Positions 13,255-25,576 of a stretch of 64,000 nt of DNA are shown in pieces; the stretch's first letter is position 1, and every line of letters begins with the position of its first letter. The notes beneath the pieces are model-generated. The model had not been told where the DNA came from and did no database searches. It saw only the letters and a list, made by a program, of their open reading frames with translations. The translations under genes and the position numbers were made by a program. The stretch comes from Azolla caroliniana (taxonomy: Eukaryota > Plantae > Polypodiophyta): NCBI GenBank assembly GCA_043228905.1, contig JBHGNT010000006.1, positions 16,864,001 to 16,928,000 of the forward strand. The letters are read 5' to 3'.

Positions 13255-14150
13255 TAGATTAGATTAGATTGAATTTTTATTGTTCACAAGGTGGCCCAAT
13301 TTTGAGTTATGGAACTGTATAAACATATATTGTATATGACTCATTCAAATGGGGGCTACTACTCTATAGTAAGAACTCTTTATGTGAAAATAATGCAGGT
13401 ACATATGTGCTCTCACCCTTCTTGGTGGAGATCTGTGTATGACGCTAAAATTATCATGCTTGTCTAACAAGTCATCATACTTCTTGCTAATTAATTATAT
13501 CTCAAGCATGCTAGAAATTAGTGATATTCATCCTCCCCTAGGTTTTCATTGCATATCGTTATACTCGAGTGATGAGTTGTGATATTGCCTAAACATGTAA
13601 CTTGTATGAGTGAGTTCAAATAAGTGTAAGGGCTCCTCGATAGCCAAGGCTCATGGAGGTAGTAAGATACTTTTGGATATGTTTTACCATGCTTATTTTC
13701 TACAGTATTAGGCCAACATTGAGGGTTAACATTTGCAATGTAATATTACAAATTGGACATTTTAGCATCTTTCCATTTCATTCTTAATGCTTCTGGTAAT
13801 CCATCCTTGATGATCATATTCTTCATAGCATTACTTGAGAGCTCCAATTGATCTTCTATCCCCATCATTTAAATCATTCATGATGTCAAGCACCAAATCG
13901 GACGAGAGGATTTTACTCCTTATTAGTTTTTTGTACATTCAATCTTACGTTCCAATCATGTGTTGGCAATCTGGGAACCGGTATATTCTTGACTTTTCGT
14001 GATGTACTTGTATACTTACTCTCTGCACCTCAAATACCTCTATAGATTGTACACCTATTTCTCATAGCATGTAAGGATAGGGTATTGAGGATTTAACTCC
14101 CAAATGTTTGTGTAAAAACAAATTTTGAATTTTCTCTATTTCATTCTATG
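13255..14150 (-). mobile_element. Degenerate LINE 3' fragment in intron 1
   Basis: Minus strand reads AISQL...ICNENLGEDEYH*FLAC near 13500-13590, resembling the LINE C-terminal Cys/His motif; (AGATT)n tail ~13255. Boundaries uncertain. Confidence 0.5.
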
Positions 14151-14221
14151 CACCAAGTGAGATAATTTCACAACACATTTCCTCTCCATAGAGAAACTCA
14201 CTTGGATGACATTTCCTCTCC

Positions 14222-14620
14222 AAGGTCAAATATAATTGGTGAGACCAAAAATATAAAATCTTCATGTAATACATGTGACAATAAGTCCATTCTCGAAGTT
14301 CCAGAACTTTACTAATGAATGTTGTAACCAAGAGAGAGAGAGATAGATAGATAGATAGATAGATAGATTCTATTATTGTCTTCGAAGGTCACCAAGGTCA
14401 AATATAATTGGTGAGACCAAAAATATAAAATCTTCATGTAATACATGTAACAATAAGTCCATTCTCGATGTTCCAAAACTTTACTAATGAATGTTGTAAC
14501 CAAGAGAGAGAGAGAAAGAAAGAAAGAAAGATATATTAACGTCTTCTAAGGCCAAATTTGGCCCATGAGACAATTGGTTTACAACAAAAGAGTATTTATC
14601 CAGTCATCATAACTAAAATA
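14222..14620 (-). repeat. Stacked LINE 3'-end copies with microsatellite tails
   Basis: ~120 bp unit duplicated at 14222 and 14394 and related to 14800-14900; (GA)/(GATA)/(GAAA) runs; 14520-14580 is the reverse complement of the LINE tail at 25500-25570. Confidence 0.7.
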
Positions 14621-14784
14621 AAATTAAGTAAAAATAGAACTTAAACTAAAAGAGTTCTAGTAGTGTACAATATGTAGTATACTCGAAAGTGACTATACAC
14701 TAAGCCTAATTTTATTTCCACCCAAGCCTCTTGAAAAGAAGTGGGGGATCAAAGGGTCTTGATGTGGGTTCCAATGTAGAGATT

Positions 14785-15560
14785 CTATTATTGTCTTCGA
14801 AGGTCAAATATGACCTATGAGACCAAAAATATTACATTTCATGTAACATGTGAAAGTGAGTAGTGGCTCTCGATGTTCAAGAACTTTACCAATGAATGTT
14901 GCAATCGGGAGTGCACATTTTGGTTGTGAGAGAATTTCATGCAAGGATTGGGCTTGATCGAAGATGTGTGGAAATCATGGTCGAATATGATCAAAGGCAA
15001 AGCATTGTATCAAAGTGTGATACTCAAACTCTGGAACTTGTTTATGGCAAAGTGTGAATAGTCGGCCGCTCTCATCACTTGTGCCCCAATGCCCTGTCTC
15101 ACATGGCAATGCATGTGAGCTAAGTCGCATGGAAACAATGGTTCAAATGACAGACAAAATGATGGGTTCTAACATGTATTGATGTGTATGGTTTCTGTAT
15201 CCCGCGAAAAATATGGTTTTGTAGTTAGTTGCAACATGTGTAATATAATGTGTGAAGCGTGAGCTTCCACATTTGTCCCATGTCATGATACATTGGTGTT
15301 GCAAAAATGCCTCATTTACAGAGGAATCTAGTGATGCATCATGAAGCAAGTGTGCTGGATCCCATCTACCAAGTCATTTTTCCATATCTTGTATCCAATC
15401 GGAACACAAAATTTCGTTTTTATGCGTCTTTTGGATCTTTTTGCTTGCTTCCCATGCGATACTAGAAAGTCAATTTGAGGAACTTTTTTGAACCTTAAGC
15501 ATGTATTCAACAACCCTTTCCATGGCCATTATCTCAATGGGAAGTGATCCCGTCTCAAGG
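14785..15560 (-). mobile_element. 5'-truncated LINE fragment in intron 1
   Basis: Minus strand MRLSSHALPCETG..RLFTLCHKQVPEFEYHTLIQC, the same motif as the LINE ORF at 19851-20407; 3' hairpin motif at ~14794-14823. Confidence 0.7.
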
Positions 15561-18500
15561 AGGAGGGTGTATGGCGTTTGTTTCGTAACTTGTAGAAACT
15601 TCATAAGAATTCTTTTGGGACATTTTTATACTCTTTCCAAGTAGATTTAGGGAAGAATGTAGAATGTAGAAAGTGTAGATGTCCAAGAAAGCATAAAATG
15701 TAGAGAGTATTTTTGAGGTTTTTGAAAAAGGAGGAATTTTACATTTTGGGACTTGCATGAACAATTCAGGATGTATTTCCGTTTGTATTTTACATCAAAG
15801 GATTCTACTGAAATAATTTTTTTATCTAAATTTTTTTGCAGTCATCAATGGTGAGAAGATTGAGTGATGTGAATTCCAAAAATATTCAAAGGGTAGAAGT
15901 TCTTGATGTCAAAACGAACACCAAACCTGTGACTCTGACACCACCAAAAGGGAAAGACATGTCCCTGAGACAAAGTTATAAAAGTAAGAGGTCATTGAGG
16001 GCTTCTGAGGATCTGAAAAGAATAATGCAGGGGGATGCCACTTGGGATTGCCTTTCACCGGCTCTCTCAACATTGGGAAAGGTATGCATGTTGCTATTAT
16101 TAAATGCACCAAATGGGCTTGGATTTGTGAATTTGAATATCTTATCTATATTTATTTTCTAGGGTGCAATACACTGGAGAGACTGCTTCTTCAGCTGCTG
16201 TGGAAGCCTTGAAGGAGGCTTCTGCTGCTGAAAGTGTTATAAGAAGTTTGAGGTATGCATATTTTTTGTGCTGAATTCTAATAAGTAATCGAAGTATTAC
16301 AACTGATGTGCTGAGGGTTCAAAAATTAGGCTCTGGTATTGCATGATCTATTTACAAAGTTGTGGCACTCCAAGATTTACCAATTTTAAAAATGGCAGGT
16401 AGCAACTGAAGATAGTAGTTTTTGATAATCCTACTCGTTGCATTTCTCTGAAGCTCCCTTTAGCATTATTGGGATCTTATTTGAGACTGAGATGATGGCC
16501 CCTGGTGCTTGAAAGTTATAAGGGACATAAAAATAATAGATGAATATCCTATTGTCACAATAAAACCAAAACTGAATGATAGTTTTGATCATAAAAAATG
16601 GACAACATTGAGAACATTACTTAAGCTATACCTTTTCTAACTGGGACGGCCTAACTGGGAATTCCGATTCTAGCAAATTCAATTGATAGTAACTTATCTG
16701 GATCTTAGTTGGTGAACTATTTTAGAAACCAAATTTTTTGTGTGTTATATGTCCCATACAGACTCTTGCAAATATGTGAAGCATTCTTTGGTTTACTACG
16801 TGAGGTTTTTCTTACATTATGAAGACGGTTCATAAATTATAAGGCAATAATCCTCAAATTATTTAAGATAGTTGGATGCTCTTATTGGTACTAAGTTTTC
16901 TACATAGTAACATTGACAACCGATAAAGTTTAGCTTGGTCTTTTTCCTTGGTTTTATTTCCTTTTTTCTGCTTGATTTTGCAGTATCTTCTCTGAACTTT
17001 GTTCTGGTGCAAAAATAGAGAATCCGCAGCCTTCAATAGAACAGTTTCTTGAGCTTCAAGATACATTGCTGCAGGCAACATCCATTCCAATTGCTTTTGC
17101 TGGCCCAGAAAATCTCCATAAAGAAGAAGATAGTTCTGAACTCAATCATACAGAACATGAATACTATAGAAACATATCTGTAGAAAAAGGAAGAATGGCA
17201 GACTTATGGGTCAGTGCAGCTTTGTCAATAGATATGGCTTCATTTTCATTGATGACCAGAGTGACCGACATGGCTGTCAAGAAAGATTCTGTCAAAAATA
17301 AGGCAGCATTGGTGCTTGAAAGAACATTTATAAATCAAATAACTAGTGGAATTTCAAGTAGAAAAGGAGTAGAATCAGCATGCTTACTCAGTGCAAATGA
17401 AAAGAAAACCCTGCATGTGAGCGAAGGAGGAGAGATGAAACAAAGTAGTGTTTCTTCAAAGACAACGCAACGCGGCCAATTTCAAAACGTCTCTCTAATG
17501 GGATGGCTTCAAGTAAGGTACAAAGCACAAAACTTACTTCTACAGTTGACAGTTCACCTAAATTCAGTTGGATGAAGGGTGATGGTTTGCAAGAAAATGC
17601 ACAGCTTGCGAAGAAGATACAAAACGAATCTCAAACCTGGTTTTTGAAGTTTTTAGAGGGAGCATTGGATAATGGCTTTCATATTTCAAATGGATTTGAA
17701 AGTGTGGCTGATGCTTCGGCTCTGAAACCTTCACCTCAAGATAAAAGTCAGATCGCATCTATGTTATCACAGCTGAAAAGGGTGAATGACTGGCTAGATC
17801 AAGTAGGTTGTGGAAAATATGGGGCCTGTAATCTTGAACTGGTTGACACTGTAACTCGATTGAGGAGAAAAATATATACTTACCTCCTCCAACATGTTGA
17901 ATCAGCTTCTGTGGCATTGGGTAGTCAAAGCTCAGAAGCAGATTTGAAGTGATTGGCAACAATCATAACCGGGAGGAGTAATTCTTGTAACTTTGTATCA
18001 TTATAATAATTTCTTGTAACATCAGTTGTGTACACTTGTATGCTGTTGTATAACGAGAAAACTTGGTCTATATTAATTATGCCATTTCCTAGGAAGACGC
18101 CCATTATCTTTGACTTGCCTTGTAATTGTGCACTAGAAAGATGATTAGCTTGTATTTCTATCATGAACAGAGGAACATTACATAGACCGAGTCTTCACAG
18201 TCGCCCATATTTTAGTGGGGCAATCATGTTTAAGAGTCGACATTTGACTTCACTATTTGAGCATTTAGCCCATGTTTTTTGGGAGACACATTTTTGGCAG
18301 TTTCATGACATCTTTCTTTTGCGAGTTTTTTTGCAGATATTGTAGTGTGCATGTGTTCCTTTGTGCCACCATTTTAGCACACCCTTTTTAGCATGCATGT
18401 AGCTAAGTTAACCCCCCCTTTTAGCACACCCTTTTTAGCATGCATATAGCTAAGCCAACCCAAATTGGTACCTTTGTATTGACTATAAATGGAGCAAGAA

Positions 18501-18969
18501 GTAAGAAGCTAAGTAAGTTGGTTTGGAGTTTCTTTATGTGCATTTCGCATATTGGTGGAGATGTGGGGCAAAATTTTAGCGGCTAACACCTCGTTCATGA
18601 CGTCCCAACTCCTTCCCATCGCCTCCGAAGCCGATACCCCTATTTAGCTTGAGTTGTCGCAACCTCATGAGCAGCCACCCCACTTCCAAATGGAGCAACT
18701 CTTGCAAGTCCTCTCCAACGCTATATTTCAAATCAGCTCTTGAAACTTACCTTTATGGTGCTTATGGAAGAGCCAACCCCCACGTACAAGCATCCGCCTC
18801 TTTTGCTTCGCAGGCATGCACCGCTCTCGCCACCATCAATCACTCCACCCACACCATCTTGTTAGACTCTGGTAGTTGTATCTCTTCCATTAACACTGCC
18901 TTAGTTCACCAGTTGGGCCTCCCGACATCCACCGCTCCCTCCATACAAGTCCTTTTTGGCAATCACAAC

Positions 18970-21900
18970 TCTTTTTGGGATCTACATTGATGAGATCACT
19001 GATTTTATTGCTCGAAAGGGAGGCAAGGGAGTAGCTATTGGGAATACGCAAGTTAGTCTCTTACTCTACGTAGACGACATTGTCTTGCTCTCGGAGTCAA
19101 AACACGACCTATAAAAGCATCTTAATGCCCTAGATGACTTTTGTACACAACGAGGATTGGTAGTGAATCTAACGAAAACTAAAGTCCTTATCTTTCATAC
19201 ATTGTCCCGAGTTAGGAGTAAATGTCACCTAACCCTCTCTCATAAACTAGTTGAGGTAGTGGGATCATATGTATACTTGGGAGTCACTTTTAGTGCTCAC
19301 TCAGGTAAATTCTCGATGACCCAAGCAGCCAAAGATAGGCTAACGAGAGGGTATGCATCCCTCTCACTCTTAGAGAGACAATGCCACTAGACATACTTTC
19401 AAGAGCCACAGACTAAGGGATGGCTCTTCGACTCATTAGTGACCCCTTCCCTCATGTATGCATCAGTAGTATGGACTCTACGTCTACCATCCTTCATGTG
19501 GACGCAATTAGAGAGACCTTTGGTGACGATGTTATCACGTCAACTCCGAAGCAAATTGACAATACCGCACGACATTATTAGAGCAAAGTTTACTCTACCC
19601 CCGATGTTAGTAGAAGCACTCTTTCAAATGGTAGGTTTTATTCATCGGATACATAGCCAACCACAAGATAGGATATCTCGTCGAGCCTTTGAGGCATCCC
19701 AATCCCTACATGCATCTGGAGACACTAGCTCTTGGTATAGCATTGTGGTGAGTTGGTTACTTGCAAACGGCATAGACATTAATAACCTACTCCCCTTAAG
19801 TACAACCATTGGACTTATCAAACTCTAATCTCTCATAAAACCGTAATAAAATGATACGCCAAGAAATATGGCAAATTTACAATCAATATAAATGGATCAC
19901 CCCACGAGAGCCACTCCCATCTAAAATGTTGTACTATAAGGAACACTTCTTGCACTTCTCTAAGTTAGGTTTTATTACACGACCAACATATCTTGATACA
20001 TTATTATCAAATGCACTAAGGGTGGCCATTGGACAACTTAGGATATCATCTCACCAACTTGAGATTGAGAATGGTCGAGCTAATAGAGTCTCTAGAGAGG
20101 AAAGGCTATGTAGGTTATGCTACATAGAGATAGAGGATGAGTATCACTTCACATGCAAGTGCCCAACTTATGTCGAGATACGGGCGGAATACCAAGACAT
20201 ATTAGGACCCTCTCCCACCCTCTCCAAACTATTAGATACCCCGAGTGTAAAAAGACTAGGTAGGTATATCTTAGAGCTAAACCAACATAGGGAGAATAAA
20301 TTACAAAGTGTTAATCATAACCCTTTTACTATTCATCAACATGTAACTAGTGTAATTTTTCAAGAACAAGGGGAAACGATGAATGTGGATAGACTTACGC
20401 TGCTGAGTGTTACGAAGGCACTACGGCTCTTCTGTGTGCACAACGGATCGTGATGTGCTAGATCGTTTAGTGCTCAAGACAAAAAGGGGAAGGGGAAGGA
20501 GGCTTACCTCTGCACAATCCAAAAAGCTTCTACTTCATTACACGTAGAGCTCAACTCGCTCTCGTTAGTTTTCTATTTTTCTGTTCTTACTCTCTCCTTG
20601 CACTACACTCACTCTTACTCTTACTTCTTACTACTTTACTACACTTACTTTTTACCTAAGTTATAAGTGACTTATATATGCAGCTAATTAGATACCAGTA
20701 GCTAATTAGTTGTCAGTAGCTAATTAGTTGTTTCACCTTTATGTCCACTAGTAGCTAATTAGCTAATAGCTACTATAGCTTATTTCTCAATAAGCATCAT
20801 ATACGTTTGTTGAGCTTGCTTCTCAACATTCCCCCTCAAGCTGAACTTATCCTTTCTTGAGGCCATCTTCAATCTTCTTTTCTTCATGCTTTTCAACTAC
20901 CATGCCAATGGTTATAACTCCCATCATGTCTCTAAACTGTGTATGTTTTTCCATGCTCAATCCCTTCGTAAGAATATCAACCACTTGTTGATTTGTACTT
21001 ACATACAGCAGATCCACTTCTCCATCAATCGCTTTTTCTCTAACAAAGTGATAATGCACTTCAATGTGCTTTGTTCTTGCATGGAACATTGGGTTTTTTG
21101 CCATCTGAATGCTGCTCATATTGTCACACCAAATTGTGATAACACCATCTATATATTCTCCCAAACCAGAAAGCAATCTTCTTATCCATACCTCTTCACA
21201 GGTAGCTATTGTAGCTCCTCTATACTCAGCGTCAGTACTTGATAGTGCAAAAGTAGCTTGTTTCTTGCTACTCCATGAAATAGCTTCACTTCCCAATGTA
21301 AACATATATCCACTTGTGGATCTTCTGTCAGTTTGGCTTCCAGCCCAATCAACATCTGTATATCCTTCCAGCTTTATGTCCAAATTAGCCCTGTAAAACA
21401 GTCCATAGTTCTGAGTAGCTTTTACATACCTTAGAATTCTTCTTATGCAGTCGAAGTGTGGCTTTGTTGGCTGTTGCATAAACTGGCTGACTAATCCAAC
21501 AAGATAACTCAAATTAGGTCTTGTTATGGTCAAATATATGAGGCTGCCCACCATAGACCTGTACATGTTTACATCTTCTATTTTGGCTCCCAAATCAGCC
21601 CTCAAATTGCAATTCTTATCTAGTGGTATACCAATAGGTTTGCATCCAAGCATACCATACTTCTTCAACATTATTGTTGCATACTGTTTTTGCAACATAT
21701 ATATACCACTCTCAGATCTTATCATCTCAATGCCAAGAAAGTATCTCAGCTCTCCCAAATCCTTCATCTGAAATTGCATTTCCAGATTTCCCTTCAACTT
21801 ATTTATCTCTTCCATAGAATCACCTCCAATTATTAGATCATCAACATATATCAAGATCACAACAATGCAATCATTTAACTTCTTTACATATAATGATGGG

Positions 21901-24900
21901 TCAGCCTTCGACATTTTGAAAGCAAATTTTTTCAGAGATTCTGAAAGTTCCCTGTGTCATGCTCTCGGTGCTTGTTTCAGTCCATAGAGAGCCTTTTTTA
22001 GCCTACATACATATTCAGGATGCTTCCTATCTTCAAAATCTGGTGGTTGACACATATACACTTCTTCTTCTAAGTTACCATGTAAAAAACATTTTTTACA
22101 TCCATATGGTGCAGAACCCATCTTTTGGCTGCACCTATAGCAAGTAATGTTCTCAATGTTGCCATCTTTGCAACCGGTGCAAATGTTTCATCATAATCAA
22201 TACCTTGCATTTGGGCATATCCCTTTGCCACAAGTCTTGCTTTATGTCTACTAACATTTCCATTGGAATCATGCTTTGTCTTGTAGACCCATTTGCAACC
22301 TACCACATTTTTTCCTTTTGATAACTTCACTAAATCCCATGTTCTGTTTTCAGCCAATGCATCTATTTCTTCTTGCATTGCATTCACCCATTTTTTCTCA
22401 GCTTTTGCTTCATCAAAGCTGTTTGGATCGGGGATTTGTACCACTTTAGACATGTATGCATAATGCATAGCCATATATGTGTCATAGCCAAATCTTTCAA
22501 CAGTCTTTTTCTCTCTATCTGATCTTCTCAGTTTTTGATTTGCATCCTTCATTGCCCTTTCCATACCAGGGATTTTCAGGGATCCTATACCAAGCTCATC
22601 ATCCAATGATGTATCTAAATCTACATCTTCCATGTTTCTAGATCCATCATCAAGCATTTCATATTCTGGCAATGTTCACTAGAGTTCTGTTTTTTCTCTC
22701 AGTAACTCGATTTTGTTGTGGAGTATGTCTACATGTAAACTGTCTCCTTATTCCTTGATTGCATAGAAAATCAGAAAACTCATTTGAGAAGTACTCTCCT
22801 CCTCCATCAGATCTTAAGCATTTTATTCTAGTTCCAGACTACTTTTCCACCATACATTTAAACTTATGGAAACAATCAAATACTTCACTTTTTTCTTTCA
22901 TGAAGTAAACCCACGTTTTTCTTGAGCAATCATCAATGAAAGTTACATAAAACTTACATCCACTAATTGATGCATTTTTTGTTGGTCCCCATACATCTGT
23001 ATATACCAAATCCAACAAATTTTGGCTTACATGTCTTTCATGAGGGAAAGGCAACTTTTTTTGCTTTCCATATTGACATGCTTCACATATTTTTCCCATC
23101 TCACAGTCTTTCAACTTAGGCAGTCCAGCCACTACATCTTTCCTCAACATATTTTTCAATGTTTGCATACTTATGTGACCGATTCTTTTATGCCACATTT
23201 CCACTTCTAAGATTACACTCATTCCTTCTGTAAACATGGATGTAATCTTCCTAGGCATATCCACATCTAACACAAACATCCTTCCTTCTCGTTTTCCTTT
23301 TGCAATGAGATTTCCATTTTTCTCTATGAAGCATCCACTTTGCTTGAACTTAACCTGCATTCCTTGCTATACTATCTGTCCAACAGAAATAAGATTTTTT
23401 CCAAGGTTTGGAACATGCATCACATTTAGCATATACTTTGTTTTTCCTTTTTCTTCCCACAATGGGATATCTCCAACATGCTCTATTTGGTGAGTAGTAT
23501 TATCACTTGTCTATACATAACCAGGAATCTCTGGTTCTCTTAGACTTTCAAACCAATTTTTATGTCCTGTCATATGATTAGATGCCTCAGAATCTACATA
23601 CCACATAAACTCTTCATTGCATCTCTGTGAACATTCAGCCATTGTTGTTGTTTCATTTGCATCACAAATGCACCATCTTTATCACAATCTTCACTAGTTG
23701 AGGCATAATTATTTTGCTGTCTCTTCCCTCTTTTTTAATCATTTTGCTTTTTATAGCACTCAGCCTGTGTATGGCCTGGTTTTCCACAATACCAGCAGCC
23801 ATCATCATTCAAATAGGTTTGCTTACCTCTTCCTCGATTGCTCCCCCTGCCTCTGATGTTGTTTCTTCCACTTGTAACCTGTTGTCTTCTTCCTTGATAA
23901 CTGCTGTTGTTGGTTCTAGCTGAACCAAATCTTCCATGGCCTCTTCCTCGACCTCTTCCAACACCATTGTAGAGGGCTTGTCCCTCATTCTCTAAGTTTC
24001 CTTTGTTTACATCATCCATTTGATTTCTTTCTTCTACTACAAGCATTGAAACCAGATTTGGAAAACTTGGGATACTATCCCTTGTGAGAATAGATGTTTT
24101 GAAACTCTTGTATTGAGGTCCTAAGCCTCTTAAGCATATTTCCACCTTATCATCATCTTCTACCTTCACATTGATAGAAGCAAGTGATTCACATATGCTC
24201 TTTATTTTCAGAGCAAACTCATTTACTGACATCTTACCTTTTTTCAAGGTATTTAGCTCAATCTTCAACTGAAGCTTTCTTGCCTTTGTATTCACTACAA
24301 ACAGTTTTACTAAACTGTCCCAAGCTTCTTTTGGAAGCATATCATCCTGTATGTGTCCAAGCATCGAATCTGAGATGCTAAGTGACAACCAATGCAATAC
24401 CTTTCTTGCCCCTTGGTTCCATTCCTTAAATGTTTTTATCTATGCAGCAAATGCATTTTCTTCAGGGATCTCTAGAGTCTCTTTTAGGTCTCCTTCAATA
24501 TAATCCCAGTATCCTTTAGCCATAAGGAAGTTTGTCATTCTGAATTTCCACGCCGGGATATTGTTTTTATCCAGTTTTTCTGTGACTATTTGGCTTGCAT
24601 TCTCTGTAGCCATTTTCTCTTTCAACTAGGGTTAACTTTACAGACAACTCTCTCTGATTCAGATAAGCAAGCAGAGAAACAAACTTCTCAGATCTCTGTA
24701 CTGTTCTAATATTCTTTACGAGCAACTCTGCTTTGATACCATGTTACGAAGGCACTACGGCTCTTCTGTGTGCACAGTGGATCGTGATGTGCTGGATCAT
24801 TTAGTGCTCAAGACAGAAAGGGGAAGGGGAAGGAGGCTTACCTCTGCACAGTCCAAAAAGCTTCTACTTCATTACACGTAGAGCTCAACTCGCTCTCGTT

Positions 24901-25576
24901 AGTTTTCTGTTTTTCTGTTCTTACTCTCTCTCTGCACTACACTCACTCTTACTCTTACTTCTTACTACTTTACTACACTTACTTTTCTACTTACTTTTTA
25001 CCTAAGTTATAAGTGACTTATATATGCAACTAATTAGCTGCCAGTAGCTAAATAGTTGTTTCACCTTTATGTCCACTAGTAGTTAATTAGCTAATAGCTA
25101 CTATAGCTTATTTCTCAATAAGCATCATATACGTTTGTTGAGCTTGCTTCTCAACACTCAGCCTCTTCCTTGAGGAAGCAGAAATACAAAGAACAACCAA
25201 ACGCCCTCGGATGTTTGGGCTTCAAAATAAGTCGACGTGGAGTAGAAAAGATTAAGAAGATAAGGGAACGTGAGCTACGTCGACGAGAAGCTATGGTTGG
25301 GGTACCTTTTACATTGGGACCACGGGCCACATCCACATCGCAACCCTTTGACCTCCCACTTCTCTTCGAGAGACTTGGATGGAAATGAAATTAGGCCTAG
25401 TATAACATCTTTTCATTGTAGAACATGTTTTTTTTTTAGAACTATTTTTTATCTTATTTTGATTTTTTACTTTCGATGAATGGGTAAATATCTCATTTTT
25501 TGTAAACCATTTGTCTCATGGGCCAAATTTGGCCTTAGAAGATGTTAATATATCTTTCTTTCTTTCTTTCTTTCTT
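18970..25576 (+). mobile_element. 5'-truncated LINE (RTE-X-like), interrupted by Copia at 20408-25156
   Basis: RT motifs LLYVDDIVLL, VNLTKTKV and YVYLGV; C-terminal LRISSHQLEIENGR..RLCRLC..EDEYHF..C; ORF resumes after 25157; GGCCAAATTTGGCC hairpin and (TTTC)n tail at 25520-25576. Clade assignment tentative. Confidence 0.82.
20408..25156 (-). mobile_element. Ty1/Copia element with two LTRs (20408-20828, 24742-25156), internal deletion in integrase
   Basis: TGTTACG...TCAACA LTR pair; PBS reverse complement GCTTTGATACCA at 24730-24741; PPT at 20829; TSD CTGAG/CTCAG (1 mismatch); gag, CWYCGKPGH, integrase, IYVDDL and RNaseH ORFs. Confidence 0.95.

Larger units (their letters stand above)
11191..17952 (+). 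pseudogene. DUF936 / CORD (cortical microtubule disordering)-like gene, 4 exons: 11191-12705, 15842-16081, 16163-16252, 16984-17952; disrupted
   Basis: N-terminus [48 protein letters not shown]; AAVEALKEASAAESVIRSL; C-terminal WFLKFLEGALD..SQLKRVNDWLD..LRRKIYTYLLQHVESA; GT-AG introns. In-frame TAG at 11602, frameshift in exon 3, and frameshift around 17460-17570. Confidence 0.85.
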
